Source of the DNA: an uncultured Gammaproteobacteria bacterium
GTDB lineage: Bacteria > Patescibacteriota > Patescibacteriia > UBA11705 > DATKZF01
NCBI GenBank assembly: GCA_964411255.1
Contig: CAYPKD010000004.1
Coordinates: 50,147-114,146 of the forward strand
Direction of reading: 5' to 3'
DNA: 64,000 nt
Below, piece after piece: positions 27,222 to 36,969 of the stretch (within the stretch, counting starts at the first letter, position 1; each line of letters opens with the position of its first letter). The translations under genes were made by a program, and so were the position numbers. The notes under the pieces were generated by a model that made no database searches, was not told where the DNA came from, and saw only the letters and a program-made list of their open reading frames with translations.

Positions 27222-28280
27222 TTATTTTCTCACTTCTGGGAGATAAAGATTTCTTAAAAAGCCTTTAGGCCCATGAATTGATTTTCTTTCATGGATACAT
27301 CTTATCACCCCAGCAACTATATGGGCAACTGAATGCACTTTTAACTTTGACGTGACTCTTCTTTTGGCAGCAGGAACAGGGATAGTATTAGTCACATGAA
27401 GAGCTGTAATTTCAGAAATAGAATCAATTTTTTCGAGTGCATTCAAATTAGTAATCACTCCATGCGTCATCATGCCCATCACTGATCTGGCACCATTTTC
27501 AAGCAGGAAAAGAGCCACTTCAATAAATGTTCCGCCACCGCAAAATTCATCATCTGGAACAATACAATCCTTTCCTCTTACATTGCCTATTATAGCGACG
27601 GGTCTTACTTTTTCTTCATTGCCTATTCTTCTTTTATCAACAAACACTAAATCGATTTCCGGACCCAGCCTAGTAGCAAAGCTACCTGCTAATTTTGCTG
27701 CGCCTAAATCCGGGGATACAATTGCTAAATTGTTCAGTAAATGGGCGTATTCTGTGACAATCAAATTCAAAAAAATTGATTTTGCTGTAACAATTTCTAC
27801 CCTGGTTCTATTCGAATCGAAAAACCCAACGATTTGCGGGAAGTGAGGATCAAAAATAACAACACCGTGCGCTCCTGCATCAACTATTTGATCTGCCATA
27901 TCTTTTGCGCCGAGGGATATCCGTAATTGATCAACTTTATCGCTTCTACTACCTGGCATATACAACCAAATAACTCGAACTTTACCTTCACTCCGTTTTC
28001 TCAAATTTCGTGAGACAGAAAGTGTCATTTGAACATTTTCTTGAACTGGAGGATGCTGCGTTGAAATTAAAAATGGATCGCAATCCCTGACATCATCAAT
28101 AATTTTATTTGCAATATTTCCGTTTGAAAACCTTAATAATTCTAGACGACCCGGTTCAATTTTTTTCGGTCCAGCTTCTTCTTCGGTCTCCTTAGGTTTT
28201 ATTTCTTCTGTCAGAATTGTACATGCATCCTGAACAATTTCAGGATGAGCCCCCGCATCAAACACCATGAAATTATTCAC
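27222..28280 (-). CDS. prs: Ribose-phosphate pyrophosphokinase (PRPP synthetase), GTG start
   Basis: PRPP-binding loop IVPDDEFCGGGTFIE and the DLVFVDKRR region. SD AGGAGG. GC about 40%, above the local background. Confidence 0.8.
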   Translation of the reverse strand: MNNFMVFDAGAHPEIVQDACTILTEEIKPKETEEEAGPKKIEPGRLELLRFSNGNIANKIIDDVRDCDPFLISTQHPPVQENVQMTLSVSRNLRKRSEGKVRVIWLYMPGSRSDKVDQLRISLGAKDMADQIVDAGAHGVVIFDPHFPQIVGFFDSNRTRVEIVTAKSIFLNLIVTEYAHLLNNLAIVSPDLGAAKLAGSFATRLGPEIDLVFVDKRRIGNEEKVRPVAIIGNVRGKDCIVPDDEFCGGGTFIEVALFLLENGARSVMGMMTHGVITNLNALEKIDSISEITALHVTNTIPVPAAKRRVTSKLKVHSVAHIVAGVIRCIHERKSIHGPKGFLRNLYLPEVRK

Positions 28281-28354
28281 GGCGCTTCCTCCTTTTGTTA
28301 GGGTTCCAGTTAGAATGAGCCAAAATCCACTTCTATTGTAAATTTAAAAATAAA

Positions 28355-28383
28355 AAAATGCAACATTTCTGTGCATTTTTAAA
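28355..28383 (-). terminator. Terminator for 28398..28745
   Basis: ATGCAcagaaatgtTGCAT hairpin plus T7 on the minus strand. Confidence 0.5.
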
Positions 28384-28397
28384 ATATATATATTGTT

Positions 28398-28745
28398 TTA
28401 TTCAACTTGATAAGCATCCTCAAGTATTTTCATAACTGCAGCTTCTACGTATTCTTTTCTGCTCTGATCATCACTATCTAATTCTCGAATTAAAAACTTT
28501 GCGGCTTTTCGAGAAATTAATTTTTCATCTCGTAATCGCTGAATCATTTGAAATATCGATACAGGTGGTTGTTCTTTTTTTAGTCCCTCAAAAGACTCCT
28601 TAATAATAGCAACAATAAAATCAATATTTTCTTCTGCTGCTTTTTTCAAAGCTGCTCGCAGCTCTTCAGCTGCCTTTTCCATTTGCTCTTCTAGCTTTTT
28701 AAAAGGAGACTTTTCCTGCTGAAATGATTCAAATCCAAATTTCAT
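28398..28745 (-). CDS. Hypothetical helical protein
   Basis: ORF of 115 aa. Confidence 0.45.
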   Translation of the reverse strand: MKFGFESFQQEKSPFKKLEEQMEKAAEELRAALKKAAEENIDFIVAIIKESFEGLKKEQPPVSIFQMIQRLRDEKLISRKAAKFLIRELDSDDQSRKEYVEAAVMKILEDAYQVE

Positions 28746-28756
28746 ATAATTTATAT

Positions 28757-28951
28757 TTATTCTTCAATTGAAAAAATATTTTCCCAATTAAATACTTTTA
28801 ATTTTTCTGTTTTGCTTCGTTTAATTGACAATACTAAAACTTCCTTTTCAAAAGAAACAGATTTCAAAACTCCACTGCGCATTAAACCTTCAATTGAATA
28901 AACTTTAACTCGTTTACCAATTAGATTTTTAATATTTTTTGATTTTGCCAT
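28757..28951 (-). CDS. Small hypothetical protein (64 aa)
   Basis: ORF in an operon context. Confidence 0.35.
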   Translation of the reverse strand: MAKSKNIKNLIGKRVKVYSIEGLMRSGVLKSVSFEKEVLVLSIKRSKTEKLKVFNWENIFSIEE

Positions 28952-28954
28952 ATT

Positions 28955-29506
28955 TTATTCAAAATTAAAATTTAGGTCTTTAAGTGCTGGCCAATTAGCA
29001 TCTTTTTCTGATAATGTGGGGTTTTCAATACCCCAATCAATGTTTAAATCAGGATCATTCCAAATTATACCACCTTCATCTTCTTGATAATATAAATCAG
29101 TACATTTATACAAAAATTCAACATCCTCAGTTAAGGTTAAAAATCCATGAGCAAATCCTTTTGGCACCCATAACATCTTTTTATTTTCTTCAGAAAGCTC
29201 AAACTTGGCCCATTTCTGATAAGTTGGTGAACTTTTTCTTAAATCTACAGCCACATCTAGTACTTTGCCAGAAACCACTCTGATTAATTTACCTTGCGGA
29301 TGCTTTTTCTGAAAATGCAGGCCTCGCAAAACATTTTTACCAGACTTTGAATGATTATCCTGTACAAAATCTAAATCCAAACCAGATTCTTCAAAAGACT
29401 TTTCATTATATGTTTCCATAAAAAAGCCCCGGTCATCTCCAAAAACCTTTGGTTCAATTAAATAAACATCTTCTAAATCTGTTTTTATAAAATTAAAATT
29501 GCTCAT
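28955..29506 (-). CDS. rfbC: dTDP-4-dehydrorhamnose 3,5-epimerase
   Basis: DVYLIEPKVFGDDRGFFMETYN...LRGLHFQ...WVPKGFAHGF cupin signature of RmlC. Confidence 0.85.
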   Translation of the reverse strand: MSNFNFIKTDLEDVYLIEPKVFGDDRGFFMETYNEKSFEESGLDLDFVQDNHSKSGKNVLRGLHFQKKHPQGKLIRVVSGKVLDVAVDLRKSSPTYQKWAKFELSEENKKMLWVPKGFAHGFLTLTEDVEFLYKCTDLYYQEDEGGIIWNDPDLNIDWGIENPTLSEKDANWPALKDLNFNFE

Positions 29507-29507
29507 A

Positions 29508-29849
29508 TTATTCAGTTATTAATCCTGTGCATCGCCAATTAATTGATGCATTTTTATTAACTACATTAATAACGCAGGAAGGATCGCAGCCTTCTTTTTT
29601 AATATCTAAATCCAGCCACCAGGTTCCTGTGTTTTCATTACACATATACGTATCTTTTAATGGCCCGTCTTTTGTGCATTCGCTGTTATTAGCAACTTCT
29701 CTGGCCTCAGTTAAACTCATTTTTTCACCAGTTTCTTTTTTTGTACAAAATTCTTCAGCTACTTGTTCAACTGGCTTTTTTATACAACCAGTAATAATTA
29801 ATAAAGTGAAACATAATAAAACGACAAATAAAATTTTTGTTTTTTTCAT
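29508..29849 (-). CDS. Lipoprotein, Cys-rich
   Basis: Signal plus lipobox LIITGC. Six further Cys residues. Confidence 0.5.
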   Translation of the reverse strand: MKKTKILFVVLLCFTLLIITGCIKKPVEQVAEEFCTKKETGEKMSLTEAREVANNSECTKDGPLKDTYMCNENTGTWWLDLDIKKEGCDPSCVINVVNKNASINWRCTGLITE

Positions 29850-29853
29850 AAAA

Positions 29854-30075
29854 TTATTTTTTTAGAATTTTTTCAAAATTTTTATCAGTGAGGAAAAACA
29901 TAATATGCTTGCATTCAGAGCAAACATAAACATCAGGCCATACTCCCCTTCTGTTCCAGTGTTTACTGAGTGGTTCTAAAGAAAAGCCATGAGTGTAAGA
30001 AAACCCTCTTTGCAGCTTTGTTTCAACCAGTTGTTCACTTCCACAATGAGTGCATTTTTTATTATTATATATCAT
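29854..30075 (-). CDS. Zinc-ribbon small protein
   Basis: CTHCGS...CSECKH pair of CxxC motifs. Confidence 0.45.
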   Translation of the reverse strand: MIYNNKKCTHCGSEQLVETKLQRGFSYTHGFSLEPLSKHWNRRGVWPDVYVCSECKHIMFFLTDKNFEKILKK

Positions 30076-30216
30076 ATATTTTTTCTTTACTTTTCACTAA
30101 TATTTTACGATTTATTTGTATTTTTGTCCACTTTGTATATCAAAACCAGATATTGACATATTTAAATATACATGTTATAATGCATTATACCTCAAAGTCA
30201 ATCAATGGAGGAAAAA

Positions 30217-30426
30217 ATGAAGGAAATCGTTGTACGTGCCAGAAGTACTGATATTCATGCCTGTTTTGCCAATGACCATAAATGTTGGGAATCAGGAAGT
30301 AATATTAGTGAAGCAGTAGGAAAACTACTTAGAAGTCATGCAAAAAAGCTGGGTATTAAAGTCACTGTCAGTGACGATGCCCATACTCAGCATTATTTGG
30401 AAAATCCTGATATCATCAAACGCTAA
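30217..30426 (+). CDS. Small hypothetical protein (start MKEIVV)
   Basis: Perfect promoter TTGACA-17-TATAAT at 30150-30178, then GGAGG SD. Terminator ACCGCCATAtaaaTATGGTGG plus T6 at 30440-30472. Confidence 0.5.
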   Translation: MKEIVVRARSTDIHACFANDHKCWESGSNISEAVGKLLRSHAKKLGIKVTVSDDAHTQHYLENPDIIKR

Positions 30427-30477
30427 ACAAAGAGCTTAATAATACCGCCATATAAATATGGTGGTTTTTTGTAAATT

Positions 30478-30518
30478 AAAAAAAAGAGATGAAATTGTTC
30501 ACCTCTTTATTTTTCTCT
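30478..30518 (-). terminator. Terminator for the MVP-like gene
   Basis: GAGGTGAAcaatTTCATCTC hairpin plus a T-run on the minus strand. Confidence 0.45.
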
Positions 30519-30524
30519 CAAATA

Positions 30525-33476
30525 TTAAACTCTATCAGCTTCTCGCTTGCCGTCTTCAACTTCTCTGGCAGCTTCAGCTTCTAAGCTACCGTTTGGAGAA
30601 TTGATAGCTTCAAGAGCTTTGCCAAATCGAGTACCCTTGAGTAGATGCGTTAAGGCTTTCATACCACCTGCTTCAGTGATAAACCCAAATGCACCAGTAG
30701 CCTGTGGCAGATGCTTTGCCAGCTCTGCCAAAGCAGCCTTGTTACCATGGCCTTCAAGCGCCTCGACCAGTTTTTCAGTAATTGCACGAATTTTGGTCGC
30801 TTCTGCATCAGCAAGAGCCTTGACCAAATCTGCTTCAATTTTAGAAACCTTATCTTTAAATTCAGCGGCTTGATTGCGCCATTCACTTTTAAGAGTAAGG
30901 TCCAGCTTCTCGCTGGCTTCACGATCAACTCTTTCAAGCTCTTTGACTGCATTGGCCATCGCTTGAAGAATCTTAGCATCTTCGTGCTGCTTTGCGCTTC
31001 GCTCATGTGAAAGCTCATGCGCCTGAACCTTGCGTTCATGGTCGAGCTTCTCACTGGCAAGGGCAATCGCATGATTCAGCCCATCTTCATGGCGTTTAAT
31101 ATCATGACTGCTCTGCGCTTTTACAAGCTGAACTTCTTGATCTCTTTTGACCTTGGCAAGTTCAAGCTCAGCTTTTTCAGCTTCCATTTCTTCAACTCGC
31201 TTCTGATGATCCAGAATTACTCTCTGAGCTGTTTCTTCAAGCTGAGTAGTAACAATCTTGCTGTTGGTACTGGCAAGAGTAGTTGCAATCTCTTTATCTG
31301 TATATTGGATATCTAAAACTTCAACCTCATCAACCCTCATATTGTTTTCATTAAACAGTAATCCTGGGCGATGCTTTTGATCTTCAGTTTTTACGCCGAG
31401 AATAGCATCTCTCAAGAATTCTGCCATATTCATATCAACAAGCAGGTCATTCAGAGTTTTTTCTTTTGCCTGAAGGCGTAGACGACTGCGCAGATTATCG
31501 CACATAAATCTTACATAATCTTTTACATTAAACCATTTGGCTCTTTCAGTATCTTTTTCGCCGACAAACTGAACGCCATATTTCAGATCAACCACAATTT
31601 CTACAAATTCTCTTGTCTCCAGCGTTACCTGATCAGTAACAAAGTTACCTGTTGTACGCAAGAAACACGTAGGCAACTGATTTACATCAGTCTTTGGACG
31701 TCCCCTTGAAAGCCTGAGAACCTCAAGAGTTTCATCAAATGCCAGCAGCTCAGTGCATGGGCCTACTACAGGCCGGCGGCTATCGCGGCTGTTAATCAAA
31801 ATTGCCTCATTATTTGGTACTACAACAGAAATAGCCCACGGCGTGTCTACCATTGCATCATCACGCACTTTCTTATGCGGAGCATGCTCTGCAATCCACA
31901 TATTCCATTCACGTCCAGGAACCTTTCGATGAACATGTTTTTGCTTTCGCGGATCCAAAATAAGCTTGACCTTGCCCTTTTCAGTATCAACACTTCCAGT
32001 ATCCACGTCTGCAACGTAAACACCGCTTTTTTGATCCACACCGATTGCCTGGACAAAGACCTGAGAATGGTCATTGCCAATATGAGGCTCTCTGGTCTCA
32101 GGATCAATAACTTCAAAATCATTTGAGGGCATCAGATATGCATCTACATCACTGATGAAGATTTCATCGCCCTTGAAATATTTTTTCTTTTCCAGCACTA
32201 CTGCCTGAGGCAGCTGCTTTTGCAAATCAGAAGCATCAATTTCATCAGCCACCACCCGGCACAGAATGCCACGGTCGCTTCGCAGATGATACATATTATA
32301 AACACGATGCTCAGAACCTTGACGCCTAAATCTGTCATACGGACCAGGAAAAACACGTCCAGGACCCTGCTTGTGTTTTTCATTCCCATCTTCATCTACA
32401 ACCACGCAGAACTGAGTCGGTCCCAGAACCACAGCTTCCCTGACAACTTCCTGGGAAGACTCAGGTACTGACCTCTGCTGGAACACGCTTGCAAGCTTAA
32501 TTACTTCACGCGGCCGCAAAATTTTATCAAGTGCATGTCTTAGCGCTTCATATGGTCTATAATCAGGTAATAATCGCTCATACTGTTTCTGAACATCTTG
32601 GAATACATCGTTAATACCAGCTTTGTTAAAAAACTGAGCAATATTTTCGATCTTAATATCACCCTTTCGAACCCTTCGATAAATAATATCCTTTGCTACG
32701 CCCTGCGATAACTCGTCATCCTGACTGACCGTAATCGATCTTTCAGCCACCACTGTAATGCCAGTTGGAGGAATATAGGTTTCTCGAGTACTCCCAGGAA
32801 TTACAATTCGCTGGCCAACCCTGAAAACAACGGCTGGCGGAAGTTCTTTTGTACTTCCCTTTTTATCAGTCTTTTTCGTTTCCTTCTTTTCTTCAGCTGG
32901 TTCATCTTCGTCTCTTGTAGCAAGTTCAGAAACCTTAAGACTGTCGTCAGCATCTTTGTCAAAAACAGTTTCGTCAACTACAGCCTTTTTGATTTTAGCG
33001 CACTCAACAGTAACATCATAATATGGAGCGTCAGCATCAACCTGTTCAGATTCAACTTCAACCATCAGATATTGGCTGGCAGAAAGATGATGTACTTTTA
33101 CAACCTCAACCTTTTGGCCAGGCCAAACAGGGAAATGCCCAGAAATGACATTTCGCTTTTTGCCATATGCCAAATCTTTCATCTGGCCGCGGCCAGACTT
33201 ATACGAGCCGTTGGGATAGCCATCTTCAAATGATTCTGCTGGATTATGAATTACAGCATATTCATCAGGATTTAGAGTAATAAAACGCTGAATTGCATCT
33301 GTTGCATTATCAACTTCAATAACCTCACACGGCTTTTCCGGATCAGGAATAACGAAAATATCATCATCAGTAGCTTCTAAAGGATCTGGGCCGAAAATCG
33401 GCCTAAATGTACCTTCTTTTTTACTAATCGTCCATACAAATTCACCTTTAATTAAAGGTCTTTTTGTAGATGCCAT
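30525..33476 (-). CDS. Major vault protein (MVP) homolog; start MASTKRPLIKG with SD AGGAGGTG
   Basis: The shoulder region aligns to MVP: VVGPCTELLAFDETLEVLRLSRGRPK...TDQVTLETREFVEIVVDLKYGVQFV...AKWFNVKDYVRFMCDNLRSRLR versus human [27 protein letters not shown]...[26 protein letters not shown]...[22 protein letters not shown]. There is also a long C-terminal coiled coil, as in the cap-helix. GC about 45-50% against about 30% around it. Confidence 0.75.
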   Translation of the reverse strand: MASTKRPLIKGEFVWTISKKEGTFRPIFGPDPLEATDDDIFVIPDPEKPCEVIEVDNATDAIQRFITLNPDEYAVIHNPAESFEDGYPNGSYKSGRGQMKDLAYGKKRNVISGHFPVWPGQKVEVVKVHHLSASQYLMVEVESEQVDADAPYYDVTVECAKIKKAVVDETVFDKDADDSLKVSELATRDEDEPAEEKKETKKTDKKGSTKELPPAVVFRVGQRIVIPGSTRETYIPPTGITVVAERSITVSQDDELSQGVAKDIIYRRVRKGDIKIENIAQFFNKAGINDVFQDVQKQYERLLPDYRPYEALRHALDKILRPREVIKLASVFQQRSVPESSQEVVREAVVLGPTQFCVVVDEDGNEKHKQGPGRVFPGPYDRFRRQGSEHRVYNMYHLRSDRGILCRVVADEIDASDLQKQLPQAVVLEKKKYFKGDEIFISDVDAYLMPSNDFEVIDPETREPHIGNDHSQVFVQAIGVDQKSGVYVADVDTGSVDTEKGKVKLILDPRKQKHVHRKVPGREWNMWIAEHAPHKKVRDDAMVDTPWAISVVVPNNEAILINSRDSRRPVVGPCTELLAFDETLEVLRLSRGRPKTDVNQLPTCFLRTTGNFVTDQVTLETREFVEIVVDLKYGVQFVGEKDTERAKWFNVKDYVRFMCDNLRSRLRLQAKEKTLNDLLVDMNMAEFLRDAILGVKTEDQKHRPGLLFNENNMRVDEVEVLDIQYTDKEIATTLASTNSKIVTTQLEETAQRVILDHQKRVEEMEAEKAELELAKVKRDQEVQLVKAQSSHDIKRHEDGLNHAIALASEKLDHERKVQAHELSHERSAKQHEDAKILQAMANAVKELERVDREASEKLDLTLKSEWRNQAAEFKDKVSKIEADLVKALADAEATKIRAITEKLVEALEGHGNKAALAELAKHLPQATGAFGFITEAGGMKALTHLLKGTRFGKALEAINSPNGSLEAEAAREVEDGKREADRV

Positions 33477-33667
33477 TCCCCACCTCCTTGCATAGGGGGT
33501 CAGACGGGATTGCAAACCAGCTATTTGCTGATTTTCAACGAGCTTTTGGCGTTTTTGCCATAGTAAAAATTACTCCTTTTTATTCTTTTTGTCAAGCTTT
33601 TCTCAAATTATTATATTTGACAATTTTCAGTGCTCATGATATTATTTATTATCCAAAGGAGGCATGA

Positions 33668-34201
33668 ATGAGTAAGAAAAAAAAGATAAGTGGAAAGAAA
33701 GCAGAAAATCTATTTCCTTTTATACTTGAAAAAGCTGGATATCAGTTTGTTGAAGCTCCTGTTCCTGGGATTGGGGCAAAAGCTATTGCCAGAGCTAATT
33801 CATTTGAAGATCATTCGCTTAAAATTGATTTTTGGATAAATTATGATTTAGGTGAAGGTTATATTTGGATCCCAGTACAATTTAAAACATATGGGAAAAC
33901 ACCCACATCTCCCAGAAATTCAGTGATCAGATCAATACTCAAAAGCAAACACCAGGGAATCCTTTGTATTGCTATAAAATATGATGTAATTACTCAATCC
34001 TTCAAAGGTGATAAAAAAACAATTGAACTAGTGGGAAAGAAAGTAAAACATGCAATTAAACGGCATTTTCCAAAGATTGAAAATCCTTTTACTGTAGAAC
34101 GAGCTATATATATTAAAAAGTGTGTTAGGGATAGTGGAAATAAAAACAATGCAAATGTTGACTGGAAAAAATATTTACTAAATGATTCAAAGAACGCCTA
34201 A
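33668..34201 (+). CDS. Hypothetical protein
   Basis: Promoter TTGACA-17-TATTAT and SD AAGGAGG. 177 aa. Confidence 0.55.
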   Translation: MSKKKKISGKKAENLFPFILEKAGYQFVEAPVPGIGAKAIARANSFEDHSLKIDFWINYDLGEGYIWIPVQFKTYGKTPTSPRNSVIRSILKSKHQGILCIAIKYDVITQSFKGDKKTIELVGKKVKHAIKRHFPKIENPFTVERAIYIKKCVRDSGNKNNANVDWKKYLLNDSKNA

Positions 34202-34315
34202 TATGGCGTTCTTTTTAAACTGAAAAAAATCTTAGCAACAATTTTAAATTTTTCCTTGATGCTTTTGACATTTTTTTCTAAATATGCTAAAATATTCTAT
34301 ATAAATTTGACATTT

Positions 34316-34389
34316 GGGAGCTTAGTTAAGTGGTATAACATTGGTCTCCAAAACCAAGGTCGGGGGTTCGATTCCCTCAGCTCCTGCCA
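34316..34389 (+). tRNA. tRNA-Trp (anticodon CCA), with an encoded CCA end
   Basis: Cloverleaf: acceptor GGGAGCT/AGCTCCT, anticodon loop CTCCAAA, T-loop GGTTCGATTCC. Own promoter TTGACA-17-TAAAAT. Downstream terminator at 34392-34423. Confidence 0.85.
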
Positions 34390-34477
34390 AAAGAGCCTGA
34401 GTATTTTACTCAGACTTTTTTGATTATCAAAATTCAATATGCTAAAATATTAATACTAAAACATAAATAACAAAATT

Positions 34478-34801
34478 ATGAAAAAAATAAATCCATCTTT
34501 GTTTGGTCTTTACCAAGCACTGGGTGTCACTTTTTACTGCGCATTAATAGGAGGTTTTTTTATTTTAATGCAAAGATTTAATTTTACTCCGCCAGAATAT
34601 GTGGCCATTACTTTAATGCTTGTGCTACTTGTCTTCTCGGCAGCAATATGCGGCTTGCTGGTATTTGGTTATCCAGTTTTTTTGGTATTGAATAAGAAAA
34701 AAAATGATGCTTTAGCTCTGCTTGGCTATACATTTCTTTATTTAATAATTATTTTTGTGATCTTTTTGATTACTGCATTAATATTTGGATATTATGGCTA
34801 A
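34478..34801 (+). CDS. Small membrane protein (3 TM)
   Basis: Hydrophobic ORF of 107 aa. Confidence 0.45.
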   Translation: MKKINPSLFGLYQALGVTFYCALIGGFFILMQRFNFTPPEYVAITLMLVLLVFSAAICGLLVFGYPVFLVLNKKKNDALALLGYTFLYLIIIFVIFLITALIFGYYG

Positions 34802-35045
34802 TAAAACTCAAAAGAAAAAAGAAACTTTTAAAGTCAAAGGCGAAGATTTGCTTCAAAAAATCAAAGAGCTTATCAAGGAAGGAAACATCAGGCAAATCAC
34901 TATTAAAAATAAACAAGGAAAAGTTCTGGTGGTTATTCCTTTAACTGCAGGTGTGGTAGCAGCAGCCTTAGCTCCAATACTGGCTGCAGTAGGTGCAATT
35001 GCCGCTTTGGTTACTGAATGTACAATTACAGTTGAACGAAGATAA
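34785..35045 (+). CDS. Small protein with a C-terminal hydrophobic helix
   Basis: ORF of 86 aa that overlaps the previous stop. Confidence 0.4.
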   Translation: MDIMANKTQKKKETFKVKGEDLLQKIKELIKEGNIRQITIKNKQGKVLVVIPLTAGVVAAALAPILAAVGAIAALVTECTITVERR

Positions 35046-35095
35046 TTTTAAATAAAAAAGACGAGAATAAATTCTCGTTTTTATAATACGTTTAT

Positions 35096-35446
35096 TTATT
35101 GAGCTGCTTGTATATCTTTGACCTGTTGTTCAAGCTTGGCAATTCTTTCTTTCATAGCCATAATATCCTTTCCATATACTTGTCTATCTTCATAGGATGC
35201 TTCTTCTAATCGTTTAAGCCTTTCTTCTAATTCATCTAATTTCAATTTTATACTTAAAATCTCACTCTTTATCTCAGAGATGTCTTTTTTAATTGGTTCA
35301 AGCTTTTCATCAAGTTTTTTATCCAAGGCCTCATTTACTTCTTCCTTGACAATACTGCGAACAGCCTCTGGCAGAGGTTTTAATTCCTCAACAACAACAT
35401 CCTGAACTGTTTCTTTAATTTGTTTGATGTCTGTTTCTTCTAGCAT
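35096..35446 (-). CDS. Coiled-coil protein
   Basis: Heptad-rich ORF of 116 aa. Confidence 0.45.
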   Translation of the reverse strand: MLEETDIKQIKETVQDVVVEELKPLPEAVRSIVKEEVNEALDKKLDEKLEPIKKDISEIKSEILSIKLKLDELEERLKRLEEASYEDRQVYGKDIMAMKERIAKLEQQVKDIQAAQ

Positions 35447-35531
35447 ATTTGTATTAATATTTTATCACAATTTATTTTCAAGTCAATTACTTACAATAAA
35501 ACTACTCAAAATTATCGAGTAGTTTTTTTAT

Positions 35532-35759
35532 TCAATCAAGCTGTAGCCAGGTATAAACCGGACGCTGATCAATATGAGGATCAGCATCAGGTTTTCTAAA
35601 AATACAATGCATTCGGTTTTTCCATCGGCGTCGAAATTTTCTGCGAGCTTCTTGTTTTTCATGCCGAAGCGAAGGCTTGCTGCTCCAGGCATATCGATGC
35701 AGCTGAATGCGCGCGCTTCGGACAACCGCATATTTTTCACGGTTCTCACTTTGTTGCAT
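35532..35759 (-). CDS. Small Arg-rich basic protein (start MQQSEN) in a GC-rich island
   Basis: Strong SD GAGGAGGG 5 nt upstream. About 50% GC. Confidence 0.4.
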   Translation of the reverse strand: MQQSENREKYAVVRSARIQLHRYAWSSKPSLRHEKQEARRKFRRRWKNRMHCIFRKPDADPHIDQRPVYTWLQLD

Positions 35760-35808
35760 GTTCCCTCCTCGTTTTATCAAAATATAATAGCAAAAATAAT
35801 TAAATTTG

Positions 35809-36969
35809 TCAACCCAGCAGATTTTTCAAATAATTCTCTGGAGTGTATTCTTTTATTAAATCTATACAATTTTGAGAAATTTGAGCATAATTTTCCACGG
35901 CTTCTGCCCTATTTATAGCTTCAAGCATTTGCTGAGTATTTGCAGAATCAAAGATAAATCCAGTCTGCCCTTGTTTTACCAATTCTGCAACTCCGCCAAT
36001 GTCTGCTGCAATCACTGGCACGCCCTGGCTAAAAGCTTCATAAATCACAGTTGGAGAATTTTCATAGCAAAGAGATGGAACGATTAAATAATCGCAAAAA
36101 TCAAGCAAATTTTTAATTTGATTTGAATCAACTTTACCTAAAAATCTAAACCTATTATCATCATGAATTATTGATTTTAATTCAATTTCTTTTGTGCCAG
36201 CTCCGGCTATTATTAATTTAAATTGTCTGTCAAGCTTTTTCAATGCTTTTGCTAAAAAAATTATGCCTTTATGCTCCTGAATCTGCCCTAAAAATAATAT
36301 TTTTATAGGTTTTTCAAATTCTTGTTTTGGATTTGATTTAATTTCAAAAGATGCTGGATTTGGCAAAACCCGCTTTTCACAATTTTTAAAAAATCCTTTT
36401 TCTTCATGAAAATCTAAAAGCCATTGTGACGGCGAAACCACTTTTTGCAACGATCCAAAAAGGCATTTGTTTATTCTGGCATAACATTTTGTTAAAAAGC
36501 CTGAAACGAAAAAATCTTTTTCATTATCTTTAATTATCAAACCGCTTGGCACTGCCAGCTGCGCATCATGCAAAGTATGAATCCATTTATATTTTTTTAT
36601 GGCTTTTGGGATTAAAAATCCAATACCCATTAAACTATGTGTAATAACCAGGTCTGGTTTTTCTTTTTTTAGAATTTTGCGTGCAACAAAAAAAGAATGC
36701 AAATTAAACTGATCAAAAAAATGCCAAATTAATCGGATAATGGCATTATGCTTGAAATCATTTAAATAGTAATAAATGTTCAATGGAAAAAAACTGTATT
36801 TTTTAATATTTTGCGCTTCTTCTAATTCCAATGCAAGTCCTTTCGGCTTCGTGGTGATCAAAACCACTTGATTATCTTTTTTCAGTTCATTTACTAAATG
36901 CTTTACAACTTTTTCAGCTCCGCCTCTTTCATATGGATGAAACACATTTGTTATAATTGCTATTTTCAT
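35809..36969 (-). CDS. Family 4 glycosyltransferase (GT-B)
   Basis: MKIAIITNVFHPYERGGAEKVV N-terminal GT4 motif and a C-terminal EX7E-like region. Confidence 0.8.
   Translation of the reverse strand: MKIAIITNVFHPYERGGAEKVVKHLVNELKKDNQVVLITTKPKGLALELEEAQNIKKYSFFPLNIYYYLNDFKHNAIIRLIWHFFDQFNLHSFFVARKILKKEKPDLVITHSLMGIGFLIPKAIKKYKWIHTLHDAQLAVPSGLIIKDNEKDFFVSGFLTKCYARINKCLFGSLQKVVSPSQWLLDFHEEKGFFKNCEKRVLPNPASFEIKSNPKQEFEKPIKILFLGQIQEHKGIIFLAKALKKLDRQFKLIIAGAGTKEIELKSIIHDDNRFRFLGKVDSNQIKNLLDFCDYLIVPSLCYENSPTVIYEAFSQGVPVIAADIGGVAELVKQGQTGFIFDSANTQQMLEAINRAEAVENYAQISQNCIDLIKEYTPENYLKNLLG

Noticed and set aside
30547-32471. Several 60-140 aa ORFs on both strands inside the MVP-like gene
   Set aside because: Higher GC suppresses stop codons and so inflates spurious ORFs. 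All are nested in one long frame that aligns to MVP.
35528-35749. Alternative-frame 73-aa ORF overlapping 35532..35759
   Set aside because: It has no SD. The other frame has a strong GAGGAGGG SD, so only one is likely real.
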